Source: Chiloscyllium plagiosum (taxonomy: Eukaryota). From it: DNA of 64,000 nucleotides. The DNA is taken from the NCBI RefSeq assembly GCF_004010195.1, contig NC_057719.1:92829946-92893945 (forward strand), read 5' to 3'. The notes beneath the pieces are model-generated. The model was not told where the DNA came from and ran no database searches. It saw only the letters and a program-made list of their open reading frames with translations. Each line of letters opens with the position of its first letter. The stretch's first letter is position 1. The position numbers and the translations under genes were made by a program. Below are positions 52,170 through 64,000 of the stretch, one piece after another.

Positions 52170-54730
52170 CATGAAATATTAATTTACAGTATTGCTCATC
52201 TCCTGTGGTTCCAAGCATGGATGGCCTCACAGATCTTTCAGGGACCTATTGCCTCTCTAGTTGATTTTTTGTACTTGTATAGTGTAGAATCTCTTTGGAT
52301 TCTCCTTAACTTTATCTGCCAAAGCTATCGCATCCACCCGTTTTGCTTTTCATTTATTCCCAGCCTTTGCTTGTACGTCAAATCCTTCAGTACAAGCAAG
52401 ATATTTGTCAATATTTGTTCCGTTTCCAGATTCAGAAAATGCTACAGAAATCAAGACGATCAGAATTCTACGGCATAATCCAACTGGAGACCCAACAATG
52501 TCTTGTACAACGATATCATTATGTACCAACACATGTCCTCAATGCTCTGACCCATGAGGGCAAGTGTGCGAAATGCTGCTTTCACCACCCTGTCCACCTG
52601 TCATGTCACTTTCAAGGAACAATGTAACTGCACCGCTTGGTCTCTGCCTGTTCGATAACACTGCCTATGGCAGTACCATTAATTATGTTAGACTTCCCTG
52701 GTTTGTCTTAACAAAATCCATAATCTGAATTAAACTCCATCTTTCACTCCTTATCACATGGGCCTAGTTGATCTAGATCCACTTCGATAACTGTATTCAC
52801 TCCCTGCTATAACACTCATTTTGGTATCCACAAAATTACTAACGATGACTCCTATGTTCTAGCGCAAATATTTTCTGTAAATGACGCATAATCGGGGACC
52901 AGCACTGTTCCTTATCGAACATCAATAGTCACATGCCTCCAGTCTGCACAACAACCCTCTGTCTTCCATTGTCAAACCAATTTTGTATCCAGTTCGGTAG
53001 CTCTCCCTGATCCCATATGATCTAACCTCACCAACCAGTATACCCAGCTAATCTCAGTCAAACGCCTTGCTGAAGTCACTACAGACAAGGACTGCTTCTC
53101 TGTCTTCATCTATTATCGTGGTCACCTCTTCAACAAACTCAATCATGTTTGTAAGACACGACTTTGTAAACACAAAGCAGTGCGACTGTACCTAATCAAT
53201 CATTTTCTTTCTAAATGCATGGTCACTTCCAACAATGTAAACACCACTGACATACAGCCCATTGTCCTTTCGGTCGCTGGCTTTCCCTAGCAGCATTTTT
53301 GAAATATTGGCAGAACAGTAAAGCCCTCCATGCTTCTGGCTTATCCCCCGTGACCATCAGTGAGAAAGCTATGTCTTGATGTGGCCCTGCGATTGCTTCC
53401 CGAGCTTCCAACAATGTCCCATTGTACACTTGATTAGTTGCCAAGGACGTGTCTATCTTCTATGCATTTTGAGACCACCAGTACCTCCTGCTCTGTATTG
53501 TGGACTCTTTCGAAGACATCACTGTTTATTTCCATGCCTTCTCCAGGTTTTCTCCACATTAAGTTCTGACGTGAAATTTTCATTTAGGATCTCACCGATC
53601 TCCTGTGGTTCCACGTATGGATGACCCCATTGAGCTTTAAGGGGCCACACTCTGTCCCGAGTTAATATTCTGTTGTGGATATTCATATCGAAATCCTTTT
53701 GGATTTTCCGCAGCATTATCTGCCAAAGCTTTCACATATCCCCTGATTGCCCTACTGCTTTCCCTTGATAAGTGCCTTCTTTTCCTTCAGGATATCCAGG
53801 GGCACAGTCAAGGAAAGGAAACGACTTGGTGTTTATCGGGCATTTATTTCAGCGCATGAGGCCTGCCTGGTAAGGTATACGAGATCAGAACATGGATTGG
53901 CTCTGGGAACTCAGGTATTACAGCCATAACAGAAACATGGATGAGAGGAGGACAGGACCCATGATTTCACTGTTGCAGGACACAGAAGCTACAATTGTGA
54001 CAGAAGCACAAGTAAGTGGACAGATGAATTGTCCGTTTGATAAGTGCATAACTCAGTGCTTAGAGAGGATACTTTAAAGCGGTCATCAAATGAGGCCATA
54101 TGGTAGAAGAAGGGGGTGAGCACTGTGTCAGGACTGTGCTATAGACCCCGCAATAGCCAGCAAGTACTAGAGGAGCAGATGTGTGGAGAGATTGTAGATA
54201 GCTTTAGGAATAATAAAGTAATATTGGTTGGAGATTTTAACACCCCCCTGGAGTAACTGGGCCACCCATAATGTAAAAGGGCTGTACACAGTGGAATTTG
54301 TCAAACGTGTCCAAGAAAGCTTCCGAAGTCAAGATGTAGAGGGCCCTACACTTCTCAAGTGGGTGCAACACTGGACCTCCCCTTTGAAAACGAGGCTGGG
54401 AAGTGTCTGAAGTGTCAGTCGGAGGGCACTTTGGGTCAAATCACCACAACTGTCTTGTTTTAACGTAACTATGGAAAAAAGATTGCAGAGGTCCACACGT
54501 AAAGGTGCTAAAGTAGAACAGATCCAGGTTTGGGACTATGAGGCAGGATCATGGAGAGTTCAATTGGTTGAATCTCTTTGGAGGAAATAGAAGGGCTGGT
54601 AAATGGGAACCTTTTAAATTGTGATACTAAAAATCCAGGGCCAGTAATTCCATGTTCTTATGAAAGGTTTGGGGATGGCTAGCTGATGAGGGATATTGAG
54701 GCTCCATTCAGGAAAATGAAGATGGAATAC
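52170..54730. mobile_element. Decayed CR1 fragments (- 52170-53790; + endonuclease region 53830-54730)
   Basis: YVEPQEIGEILNENF (minus), EFVKRVQE and GDF on plus. Confidence 0.75.
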
Positions 54731-55179
54731 ATTGGGTTTAATCTCTCCATATCTATGTAACTTCCTCTAGTCCAAAATAAATGAGAATGCTGTGGAAATC
54801 CTAAATTCCTTTCAGGTCCCGAAACACACCCGATCTGTAGAACCACTCTAATCCCTGTGACTCTCGTGATCCAGTTCCCACAAGACACAATCTGTGTAAC
54901 ATCCTCCCGTTGCTAGCACGCACCTTGTCAGTGTAAGATCCACCAGTCTCTCCATCTATCTACCATCTCCACAATCTTCTCCTGCTTTTACACCCCTATT
55001 TGTGCAAATGTCTCCCTTTTCTACAACCCTTCCCACTTTGACCAAACTGGAGGACGTTACTAATGCTCTCTTATCTGTTAAACTGTCTACAATCAAAATT
55101 ACTGTCCACATCCCTCTTGGAAAATCTCTCCGATTCCACACACTCAAACTCTAAATAAACCCCATAACCTCAGCCTTTC

Positions 55180-56265
55180 TAGAACTTAGAAGAATACAGC
55201 GCAGTACAGGCCCTTCGGCCCTCGATGTTGCGCCGATCCAAGCCCACCTAACCTACACTAGCCCACTATCCTCCATATGCCTATCCAATGCCCGCTTAAA
55301 TGCCCATAATGAGGGAGAGTCCACCACTGCTACTGACAGGGCATTCCATGAACTCACGACTCACTGAGTAAAGAACCTACCCCTAACATCTCTCCTATAC
55401 CTACCCCCCCCCCTTAATTTAAAGCTATGCCCCCTTGTAATAGCTGACTCCATACATGGAAAAAGATTCTCACTGTCGACCCTATCTAAACCCCTAATCA
55501 TCTTGTACACATCTATCAAGTCACCCCTAAACCTTCTTTTCTCCAATGAAAACAACCCCAAGTGCCTCAGCCTTTCCTCATACGATCTTCCTACCATACC
55601 AGGCAACATCCCGGTAAACCTCCTCTGCACCCGTTCCAGTGCCTCCACATCCCTCCTATAGTATGGCGACCAAAACTGCACACAATACTCCAGAGTCTTA
55701 TACAACTGCAACATGACCTCAGTACTCCAGAACTCAATTCCTCTACCAATAAAAGCCAGTACGCCATATGCCTCCTTCACCGCACTATTTACCTGGGTGG
55801 CAACTTTCAAAGACATGGACACCAAGACCCCTCTGCTCATCCACACTACCAAGTATCCGACAGTTAGCCCAGTACCCCATCTTTTTATTACTCTTACCAA
55901 AGTGAATCACCTCACACTTAGCTACATTGAACTCCATTTGCCACCTTTCTGCCCAGATTTGCAGCTTATCTATATCCCGCTGTAACCTGCCAAGTCCTTC
56001 CTCACTGTCTACAACTCCTCCGACTTTCGTATCATCCGCAAACTTGCTCACCCAACCTTCTAACCCCTCCTCCAAGTCATTTATAAAAATGACAAACAGC
56101 AATGGTCCCAAAACAGATCCTTGCAGAACACCGCTAGTGACGGCACTCCAAGATGAACCTTTGCCATCAACTACTACCCTCTGTCTTCTTCCATCCAGCC
56201 AATTCCTAATCCAAACCTCCAACTCACCCTCAATGCCATACCTCCGTATTTTTTGCAGTAGTCTA
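55180..56265 (-). mobile_element. Young 5'-truncated CR1 LINE
   Basis: ORFs 55785-56270 (QGSVLGPLLF, FADD) and 55361-55900 (YCVQFWSP); same subfamily as 1-250. Confidence 0.95.
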
Positions 56266-56274
56266 AGCATTCAA

Positions 56275-56723
56275 TACTCCCTGAATGGGAGGGATGTTAC
56301 CACTCCAACCCATACAAGTGTCACACAGGAATCGATATGTTCTTTGTTCCATTGGTTTGCTTGAACTAGGTGTTAAATGCAGAATTGGGAGTATAATTAT
56401 TTCGTATGATGTGGCAGTATATTTAACTGTTAAGACCAAAGGTAGCGGAGTAGGTACGCAGCAATGGAGCATGAATCCATTTCTGTTGAAGGATGACAAC
56501 TTTGTTCAGTAATCACAATGGAGTTCAGGAGACCACCAAAGCATTCTTAAGGGGTATGATTATTTCATACTCGGCAAGTAGAAGGAGACAGAGGGGGAAG
56601 CAGCAGTGGATGCTTAAAGCCCGGTTGAAGGCAGCCGAATAGGCATATTACACCAGACCATCTGTAGTTAAATTGCAGTGGGTCATGGCTCTCTGGGCTG
56701 CTCTTGACTCAGTGTTCACACAA
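56275..56723 (+). mobile_element. L1-clade LINE ORF2 fragment (endonuclease C-terminus/linker)
   Basis: RIDMFFVP, CRIGSIIISYD.AVYL, W.MNPFLLKD, ETTKAFLRGMIISYS, ARLKAAE motifs across frameshifts. Confidence 0.75.
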
Positions 56724-56946
56724 TTTCATGTCCCCTCCTTGCTGCTCTTAGCTCTCTCTTCAGGTCCATCCTGGCTACCTTATAACTCCACCTTATATCT
56801 ATACCTTATATCTATAAACATCTTCAATCATGACTACTGTCCATATATCTGTTTACTCTTCCAGCCTTTTCAAGCCACTTAATCTCTGTAATCTGCTCCA
56901 TTCCCTAAACAATATCTTTCTGTGTAAATCACCACATGCTGCCATC

Positions 56947-57243
56947 GGCAGCACGGTGGCTCAGCGGTTAGCACTGCTGCCTCACATCGCTAGGAACCTG
57001 AGTTTGATTCCAGCCTGGAACGACTATCTGTGTGGACTTTGCGCGCTCTCCCTGCACCTGCCTGGGTTTCCTTTGGGTGCACTAGTTTTCTGCCACAATC
57101 GAAAGATGTGCAGTTTAGGTGAATTGCCCATAGTGTTAGGTGCATTAGTCTGAGGGAAATGCATTTGGTGGGTTACTCTTTCGGAGGGTTGGTGTGGACT
57201 TACAGGCCCAGAGAGCCTGTTTCCACACTGCAAGGAATCTAAT
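56947..57243 (+). mobile_element. HE1-like SINE, full length
   Basis: GGCAGCACGGTGGCTCAGCGGTTAGCACTGCTGCC head; GGAATCTAATC end. Confidence 0.9.
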
Positions 57244-57514
57244 CGACCAACATCCTTATTTCTGAAATCAGCTCAATTTCGAATTCCTATGTTTCTGTAA
57301 CCTCCCGTGACTCTGTGGTCCTCCCTTGCTGGGAAACCACTTTCAGACCCCAAAATCATTCTAACCTGGGTCGTCTGCTCCAGATCAGACCATTGCTGTC
57401 CGTCTGTTACATCAGACAATCACAGCAAAACTTCCTATTCGTGCCTCGTCCGTCAGACCCATTCTCTCCAGCTTCACGAAACGTCTTCCTGCCATTGTAA
57501 CCCTCCCTATTTCG

Positions 57515-58225
57515 ATCATAGCACATCCAGGCCCTTTGGTCGTCGATGTTGTGCTGACCGTTCATCTTACTCTGAAGAGCAAACTAACCTACTAAACCTG
57601 CATTTTGCTATTATCCATTTTTCTATCCAAGAATCATTTAAATGTCCCGAATGCATCTGACTCTGCTATCACTGCTGGCAGTCTTTTCATGCGCCCACAA
57701 TTTTCTGTGTAAAGAACGTATACCTTACCTCTAAGCGAAACATTCCTACAATTACCTTAAAATTATGCCCCCTCGTGATTGCCAATTCAGCCAAAGGAAA
57801 AAGACTCCGAATATCCACATTATCCATGCTTCTGATTACCTTATACACTGTTATCAAGTCATCTCTCATCCTTCTTCGCTCCAATAAGAAAAGCCCTTGC
57901 CACCATAACCTTCCGTCATAAGACGTGCCCTACAGTCCAGCTATCATCCTGGTAAATCTCCTCTGCACGCTTTTGAAAGCCTCCACATCTTTCCAATAAT
58001 GAGGCGACCAGAATTGAAGACAATGTTCCACGTGTGTTATAACCAGGGCTCGATAGAGCTGCAGCACAGCTTTCGAGCTCTTAAACTCAATACCTCTGAT
58101 AATGAAAGACAACATATCATACACTTCTTAACGATCTTAGATGGCAACCTTTAGGGATCTATGCACAAGGGCCCCAAGGTCCTTCTGTTCCTCCACACTG
58201 TCAAAAATCATGCCTTTAACACTGT
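57515..58225 (-). mobile_element. CR1 3' fragment
   Basis: ORFs 57687-57884 and 57930-58124 (LQFWSPH, FFTQKIV). Confidence 0.88.
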
Positions 58226-60047
58226 CAAGAATTTCAGCAAAATCCTGAAATCTTAAACCCTCCTTATCTTGGTAACATCCTCCAGTCCCTTAGCAACGCT
58301 CATAAACTGGGAAACCACTCCAAATCCTTTCAATCCTTCTTCGTTCTCTGACCTCCTTTATTATCATGAATCCTCATAATTACTGAAAATCTCCTTTTGG
58401 CACTGCAATATTTTTAATATCTGCAAAATCCTCCCATCCTGACATCGCTCCCTCTCTCTGTAGCACCCATCATCCTCCAGTACTTTTCTGGCGAGCATTG
58501 CTGAGAAAGAAAGAGTTGTAGAATCCGGGCCATGTTAAGAAGGTAGGAAGAGCTGCAGAACCTGGTGGATTGTACAAATGCAGGAAGTGTCGGGGATCCT
58601 TTAGGAGGTCAGAGGGAGCAGGATGGGACTGAGAATGGGTTGTGGAACCTGAACAATGTTGCAATCTGACTCACAGAGTTTTCTCATCAGACGATGAGAT
58701 TCAACAGGAAAATAATTTGTAGCTGCGATCTTGCTGAGTTGATCCTGGAGAACTTTAGTGGAATGGGTAAACACAGATTCTGATTCTCAGGCTGGGAGTT
58801 GTAAGTTCAGATGAAAATCTATTTCTCCATTCTGTCTGTGCGCCCGATACTGACCTAGTGCTTTGCATGTGACATCCAGATCTGCATGACTGACCAGAGC
58901 TCACCTCATCAAAGACATCGATTGGAAAATTCTTTATTTTTTTCATTATTTTTTATGAGGCAGTTTTGTGCGATGCAGGAATTGATTTCCAAGTGGAGAG
59001 AATGAAACCTTTCTCATTAAACCTGACCCATTCAATAGGGTTATATTCATTCTGTTCTTTTCTGTGGATTGTTAATCAGAGGATTGTATAACCAGGGAAT
59101 CTGAGAACTCATTGTCTTTGCTGTGTAGAACTAGTCTTCATGTGACAGTAACAGAGATAGTGTGTTTGTGGGAAGGCTGTAACAGTGTAAATACCTATCC
59201 GATGGTAACTCGCTGACTGCATCAGAGGAGAGTGCACTGGTCCCTGAGCAACAGAAGCTGGGAAACTCATGGGGTTTGCATGTGGGGCTTGTCACCAGAC
59301 TGGGTGAGAGTAGCTCACTGAGTAAATGACAGGTAGAGAACCTGGGATTTTCCTGTTGTGTCTGGCCTTGTACCATATAATCACGTACCACCATCAAGTG
59401 AGCCTGTTCCGTTCTCCACTCCCTACAGGACACCGTCACTGTAACCCGATTCTGTTGCTGAACCTCTCCCCTCTCTATAACCATTTCCAGAGCTTCCAAC
59501 TTGGCCTTCACCTATTATCTCCTGTAGTCAGCAATTACCTTGTTCTTTGTTATCCTGCCAAATTTCTAGGTGTCAAATGTCAGAGAAAACAAAATTTATA
59601 AAATGAATTAAAATTTAGAGTAATTTTAGGTAAAGCTGAGAAACCACAAGCAGTATTAACTCTTCACAGGGCTTCATTTATATGCACCTAACAGTGATGG
59701 TGATTTAAATATGGTCACAGACAGGAATCTGAATGTACTTGTACCAAAGGTAGCACCGTAATTGTGTTTGATAGCAGACTCCAACACGACTGGATAAATA
59801 ATGCGTATCAGGGCTGTAATAGACTGAATCCTGAATTATATACGAGATGGGTTCCGTAATAGCGTGACAAGGAGTCATCAGAACAATGGTCTTATCTAGA
59901 TCGAATATTGTGTCATGAGAAATATCCAACACAAGGGAAACAAAAGGAAGTGATAAAAATGGTGTAAGGAAATGCATGCTGTCGACATGAACTTTGCAGA
60001 GACATCTGTCAGGATTTCTCATGGAAGATTGTTCCAGAAGATACGTG

Positions 60048-61204
60048 GAAGTTCATCCACTTTTGCAACATCTTCCACCCTGACCTCAAGTTCACCTAGA
60101 CCCTCTCCGACAACTCCTTCCCCTTCCTGGACCTTTCCATCTTCACTGACCAACTCAACAAGGACATCTATTGAAAACAACCATCTCCAATTGCTTCCTG
60201 GATTACACATCCTCCCCAACACCCTTCTGGGGAAAACGATATCCGTTGCTCCCAATTCCACTATTCGATGTGGTCCCCAGAGGAGCAATTCCAGACCAGG
60301 ACCTTCCAGATGGATTTCTATTTCAAGGACCGCAATTTACCCTCCAACGTGGTCAGCAATACCCTCCAGCACATCTCCTCCACTTTCTGCACCTTGGCCT
60401 TGAAACCCACCCCTCCAACTGCAACAAGGATAAAACTCTCTTGGTCCTCACCTATGCCTGTACTATCTGGATACATCGATTCCTCTGCCATTTCAGCCAC
60501 CAGCGGTCACACCCCACCACCAGAGTTATAATTCCCTCCCACCCCAACATCGTTCCGCAGTGATTATCCCCTCCACGTCTCACTTGTTAGATCCAAGCTG
60601 CCCACCAAAACACCCTCGCCTCCCAGTCCTTTCCCCTTCTGCCACAAAAGGTACAAAACCTGTACTATCACCTCCCCCATCAGCTCTGTCCAAGGTCCTA
60701 AAGGTACTATTCATACCCAGCAGAAATTTTCTGGTACATCCCCATACCTCATTTACTGTTTCTGTTGCTCTCGATGTGGTCACCTCTACATTCGCAGGAT
60801 AGGATGCCAACTCACAGAACGTTTCAGGGAACATCTCTGGGACACATGCACCAAACAACCCATCGTCCTGTGGCTGACCACTTGAACTGCACCTCCCACT
60901 CCGCCAAGCACATGCCAGTCATTTGTCTCCTCCAACACCAAATCCAAGAATTCCAGCTGGGAGAAAGAACGTGTCTCTTCTGCGTTGAGACCCTCCAACC
61001 ACACAGAGTCAGCACCACATTGACGAATTTCCCCATTTTCCCTTCCCTCTATCTCATCCCAGATCCAACCATCCAACTCGGCACAGCCATCTTGAATTCT
61101 CCAAACTTTTCATCTTCCTTCCAATCGATCTGCTGCACCCTGTCCTTCGAACTATCACAATTACCTGCATCTACCTATCGACTTCCCATCTGCTTTCGCC
61201 CAGC
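60048..61204 (+). mobile_element. Penelope-like element fragment (RT thumb + GIY-YIG)
   Basis: FHPDLKFT, PFLDLS, CCSRCGHLYI, ERFREHL, HRPVADHLN; paralog of 34335-35680. Confidence 0.85.
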
Positions 61205-64000
61205 CTCAGCCTTTCCTCGTAAGACATTCCTTCCATACCAGGCAGCATCCTAGTAAATCTCCTCTGCACCCTTTCCAAATCTTCCACAGCCTTCTTATAA
61301 TGTGGTGACCAGAACTGGACACAATACACCAGGTGTGGCCGTACCAGAGCTTTGTACACCTGCAGCATAACCTCCTGGTTCCGGAACTTAATCCCTCTAT
61401 TAATAAAGGCCAAAACACTGTATGTCTTCTTAACAACCCTGTCAATCTGGTGGCAACTTTTAGGGATCTGTTTACATGAACGCCGAGATCTCTCTGCTCA
61501 TCTGCACTCCCAAGAATTTTACCATTAGCCCAGTACTTTGCATTCCAATTACTCCATCCAAAGTTTATCACCTCGCACTTGTCCACATTAAACTCCATTT
61601 GCCACCTCTCAGCCCAGCTCTGCATCCTATCTATGTTTCTCTGCAACCTACTACATCATTCGTCACTATCCACAACTCCACCGACCTTAGTGGCGTCCGC
61701 AAATTTACTAACCCACCCTTCTAAGCCCTCTTCCAGGTCATTTATAAAAAATGACGAACAGCAGTGGACCCAAAGCCGATACTTGCGGTACGCCGCCAGT
61801 AACTGGACACCAAGATGAACATGTTCATCAACTACAACCCTCTGTTTTCTTTCAGCAAGCCAATTACTGATCTAAACTGCTATGTCTCCCACAATCCCAT
61901 TCCTCCGCATTTTGTATTATAGTCTATTGTGGGTAACCTTATTGAATGCCTTGCTAAAATCCTTATACACCACATCAACCGGTTTACTCACATCTACCTG
62001 TTTGGTCACTTTGTCAAAAAACTCAATAAGATTTGTTAGACACGATCTACCTTTCACAAAACCGTGCTGACTGTCCCTGATCAGATTATTCTTTTCTAGA
62101 TGGTTATAAATCCTATCTCTTATAACCTTTTCCAACACTTTACCAAGAACTGAAGTGAGACTCACTGGTCTGTAAATTCCAGTGTTGTCTTTACTACCCT
62201 TTTTAGAACAAGGGAACCACATTTGCTATCCTCCAGTCCTCAGGCACTATTCCTGCAAACAATGATGATTTAAAGATCAATGTCAAAGGCTCAGCAATCC
62301 TCTGTTTCCAAGAGGATCCTAGGATAGATCCCATTCGGCCCAGGGGACTTGTCTATTTTCACACTCTGTAGTATTTCTAATACCTCTTCCTTGCTAACCT
62401 CAATCTCTTCTAGCCTAGATGCAAGTATCTCTGTATCTTCCTTGCCAATATTTTCATTTTCTATAGTGAACACGGTCGAAAAATATTTAGTTAGTGGTTC
62501 TGCTATCTCCTCTGACTCCACACACAACTTCCCACTATTATCCTTGATTGGCCCTAATTTAACTCTCGTCATTCTTTTATTCCTGACATAACTATGGAAA
62601 GCCTTAGGGCTAACCGTGATCCTATCCGCCAACAACTTCTCATGTCTCCTCCTGGCTCTTCTGAGCTCTCGTTTTAGGTCTTTCCTGACTCCCTTGTAAC
62701 CCTCCAGCGCCCTAACTGAGTTTTCACATCTTGTCCTAACTTAAGCCTTCTTCTTCTTCTTCTTCTTGACCAGGATTCCACTTCCTAAGTAAACCACAAC
62801 TCCCGCGTTCTATATCTTCTTCCCTGACTGGCAGGTACATACTTACCTCGGACACACTGGAGCTTTTCCTTGAATAAGCTCCACATTTTTAATCCCATGA
62901 AGTTTCTACGCTTCCTAAATCTTTCATAATTGCATCGTAATTTCCTTTCCCCCAGCTGTAACTCTTGCTCGGTGGAGTACACCTATCCCTTTCCATCACT
63001 AAAATAAACCTGACAGAACTGTGATCGCTGTCTCCAAAGTGCTCACCTACTTCCAAATCTAACACCTGGCCAGGCTCGTTGCCCAGTATTAAATCTAAAG
63101 TGGCTTCGCCCCTTGTAGGCCTGTCTACATACTGTGTCAGGAAGCCATCCTGCACACACTGGACAAAAACTGACTCATCTATAGTACTCGTACTGTAGTG
63201 ATCCCAGTCAATATTTGGATAGTTGAAGTCCCCCATGAGAACTACCCTGTCTCTCTTACTCCTATCGAGAATCATCTTTGCTACCCTTTCCTCTACATCT
63301 CTGGGACTATTCGGAGGCCTATAGAAAACTCCCAGCATGGTGGCTTCTCCTTTCCTATTTCTAACCTCAGCCCATACTACCTCAGTTAACGAGTCCCCAA
63401 ACATCCTTTCTACGATGGTAATGTTGTCCCTGATCAACAATGCCACACCTCTCCCTCTTTTACCATCTTCTCTGTTCTTACTGAAACATCTGAATCCAGG
63501 AACCTGCAACAGCCATTCCTGTCCCTGCTCTATCCAAGTCTCCGCAATGGCCACAACATCAGAGACCCAGGTACCAACCCACGCTGCCACTTCTTCTACA
63601 TAATTTCGAATGCTCCTCGTGTTGAAGTACACACACTTCAATTCAGGTTCTAGCTTGCCAGTGTCAGATTCATGATTTTGGAACTCCCTACTCTCATCCT
63701 CATCTGTACCTGTCCTACAATTTTGGTGACCATCACCCTGCTCTATTATTTAAATCCACCTTAATAGCTTTAGCGAATTTCCCACCCAGGATATGGGTAC
63801 TCCTCTAGTGTCGATGAAGACCATCCTGCTTGTAGAGATCCCACCTACCCCAGAAAGAGCTCCAATCATCCAAAACGCGAAACCCTCCCTCCTGCACCAT
63901 CCCTGTAGCCATGTGTTCTACTCCTTTCTCTCCCTATTCCTCACCTCAATAGCACGTGGCACGGGCAGCAAACCAGAGAAAACAACTCTGTTTGTCCTAG
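61205..64000 (-). mobile_element. CR1 LINE: ORF1 SGNH esterase C-terminus (~63760-64000), ORF2 endonuclease + RT, 3'-truncated
   Basis: 250-aa endonuclease ORF 62889-63641 (GDFN, FGDSDH); RT motifs 61205-62635; ORF1 PVPRA, WCRREGF, DLYKQDGLH. Confidence 0.93.

Noticed and set aside
58570..58615. YKCRKCRGSFRRS resembling a C2H2 zinc finger
   Set aside because: No histidines and not conserved in the paralog at ~29450
62889..63641. 250-aa ORF as a host nuclease gene
   Set aside because: APE-type endonuclease of CR1 ORF2, contiguous with a disrupted RT and ORF1

Overview
Eukaryotic, repeat-saturated DNA, most likely from a cartilaginous fish (shark-type HE1/V-SINE and SacSINE1/DeuSINE-like elements). 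Most of the window is decayed, nested non-LTR retroelements: many CR1 (HER1-like) LINE fragments on both strands, one RTE, one L1 fragment, two Penelope-like (RT + GIY-YIG) fragments, tRNA-derived SINEs and a co-oriented C/T-rich ~37-bp minisatellite. I found no intact host protein-coding gene; nearly all listed ORFs are retroelement pieces or their antisense shadows. Three things go beyond plain repeat annotation. (1) Short Penelope-terminus-derived hairpin insertions with target-site duplications, including a perfect 187-bp palindrome carrying a minimal hammerhead-ribozyme motif on each strand. (2) The window is a mosaic of at least three old segmental duplicons that share nested insertion junctions. 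(3) A few unique islands carry promoter or splice signals, or decayed coding-like sequence of uncertain origin. Boundaries of old repeats are approximate and family assignments are from recognition by eye, not database searches.
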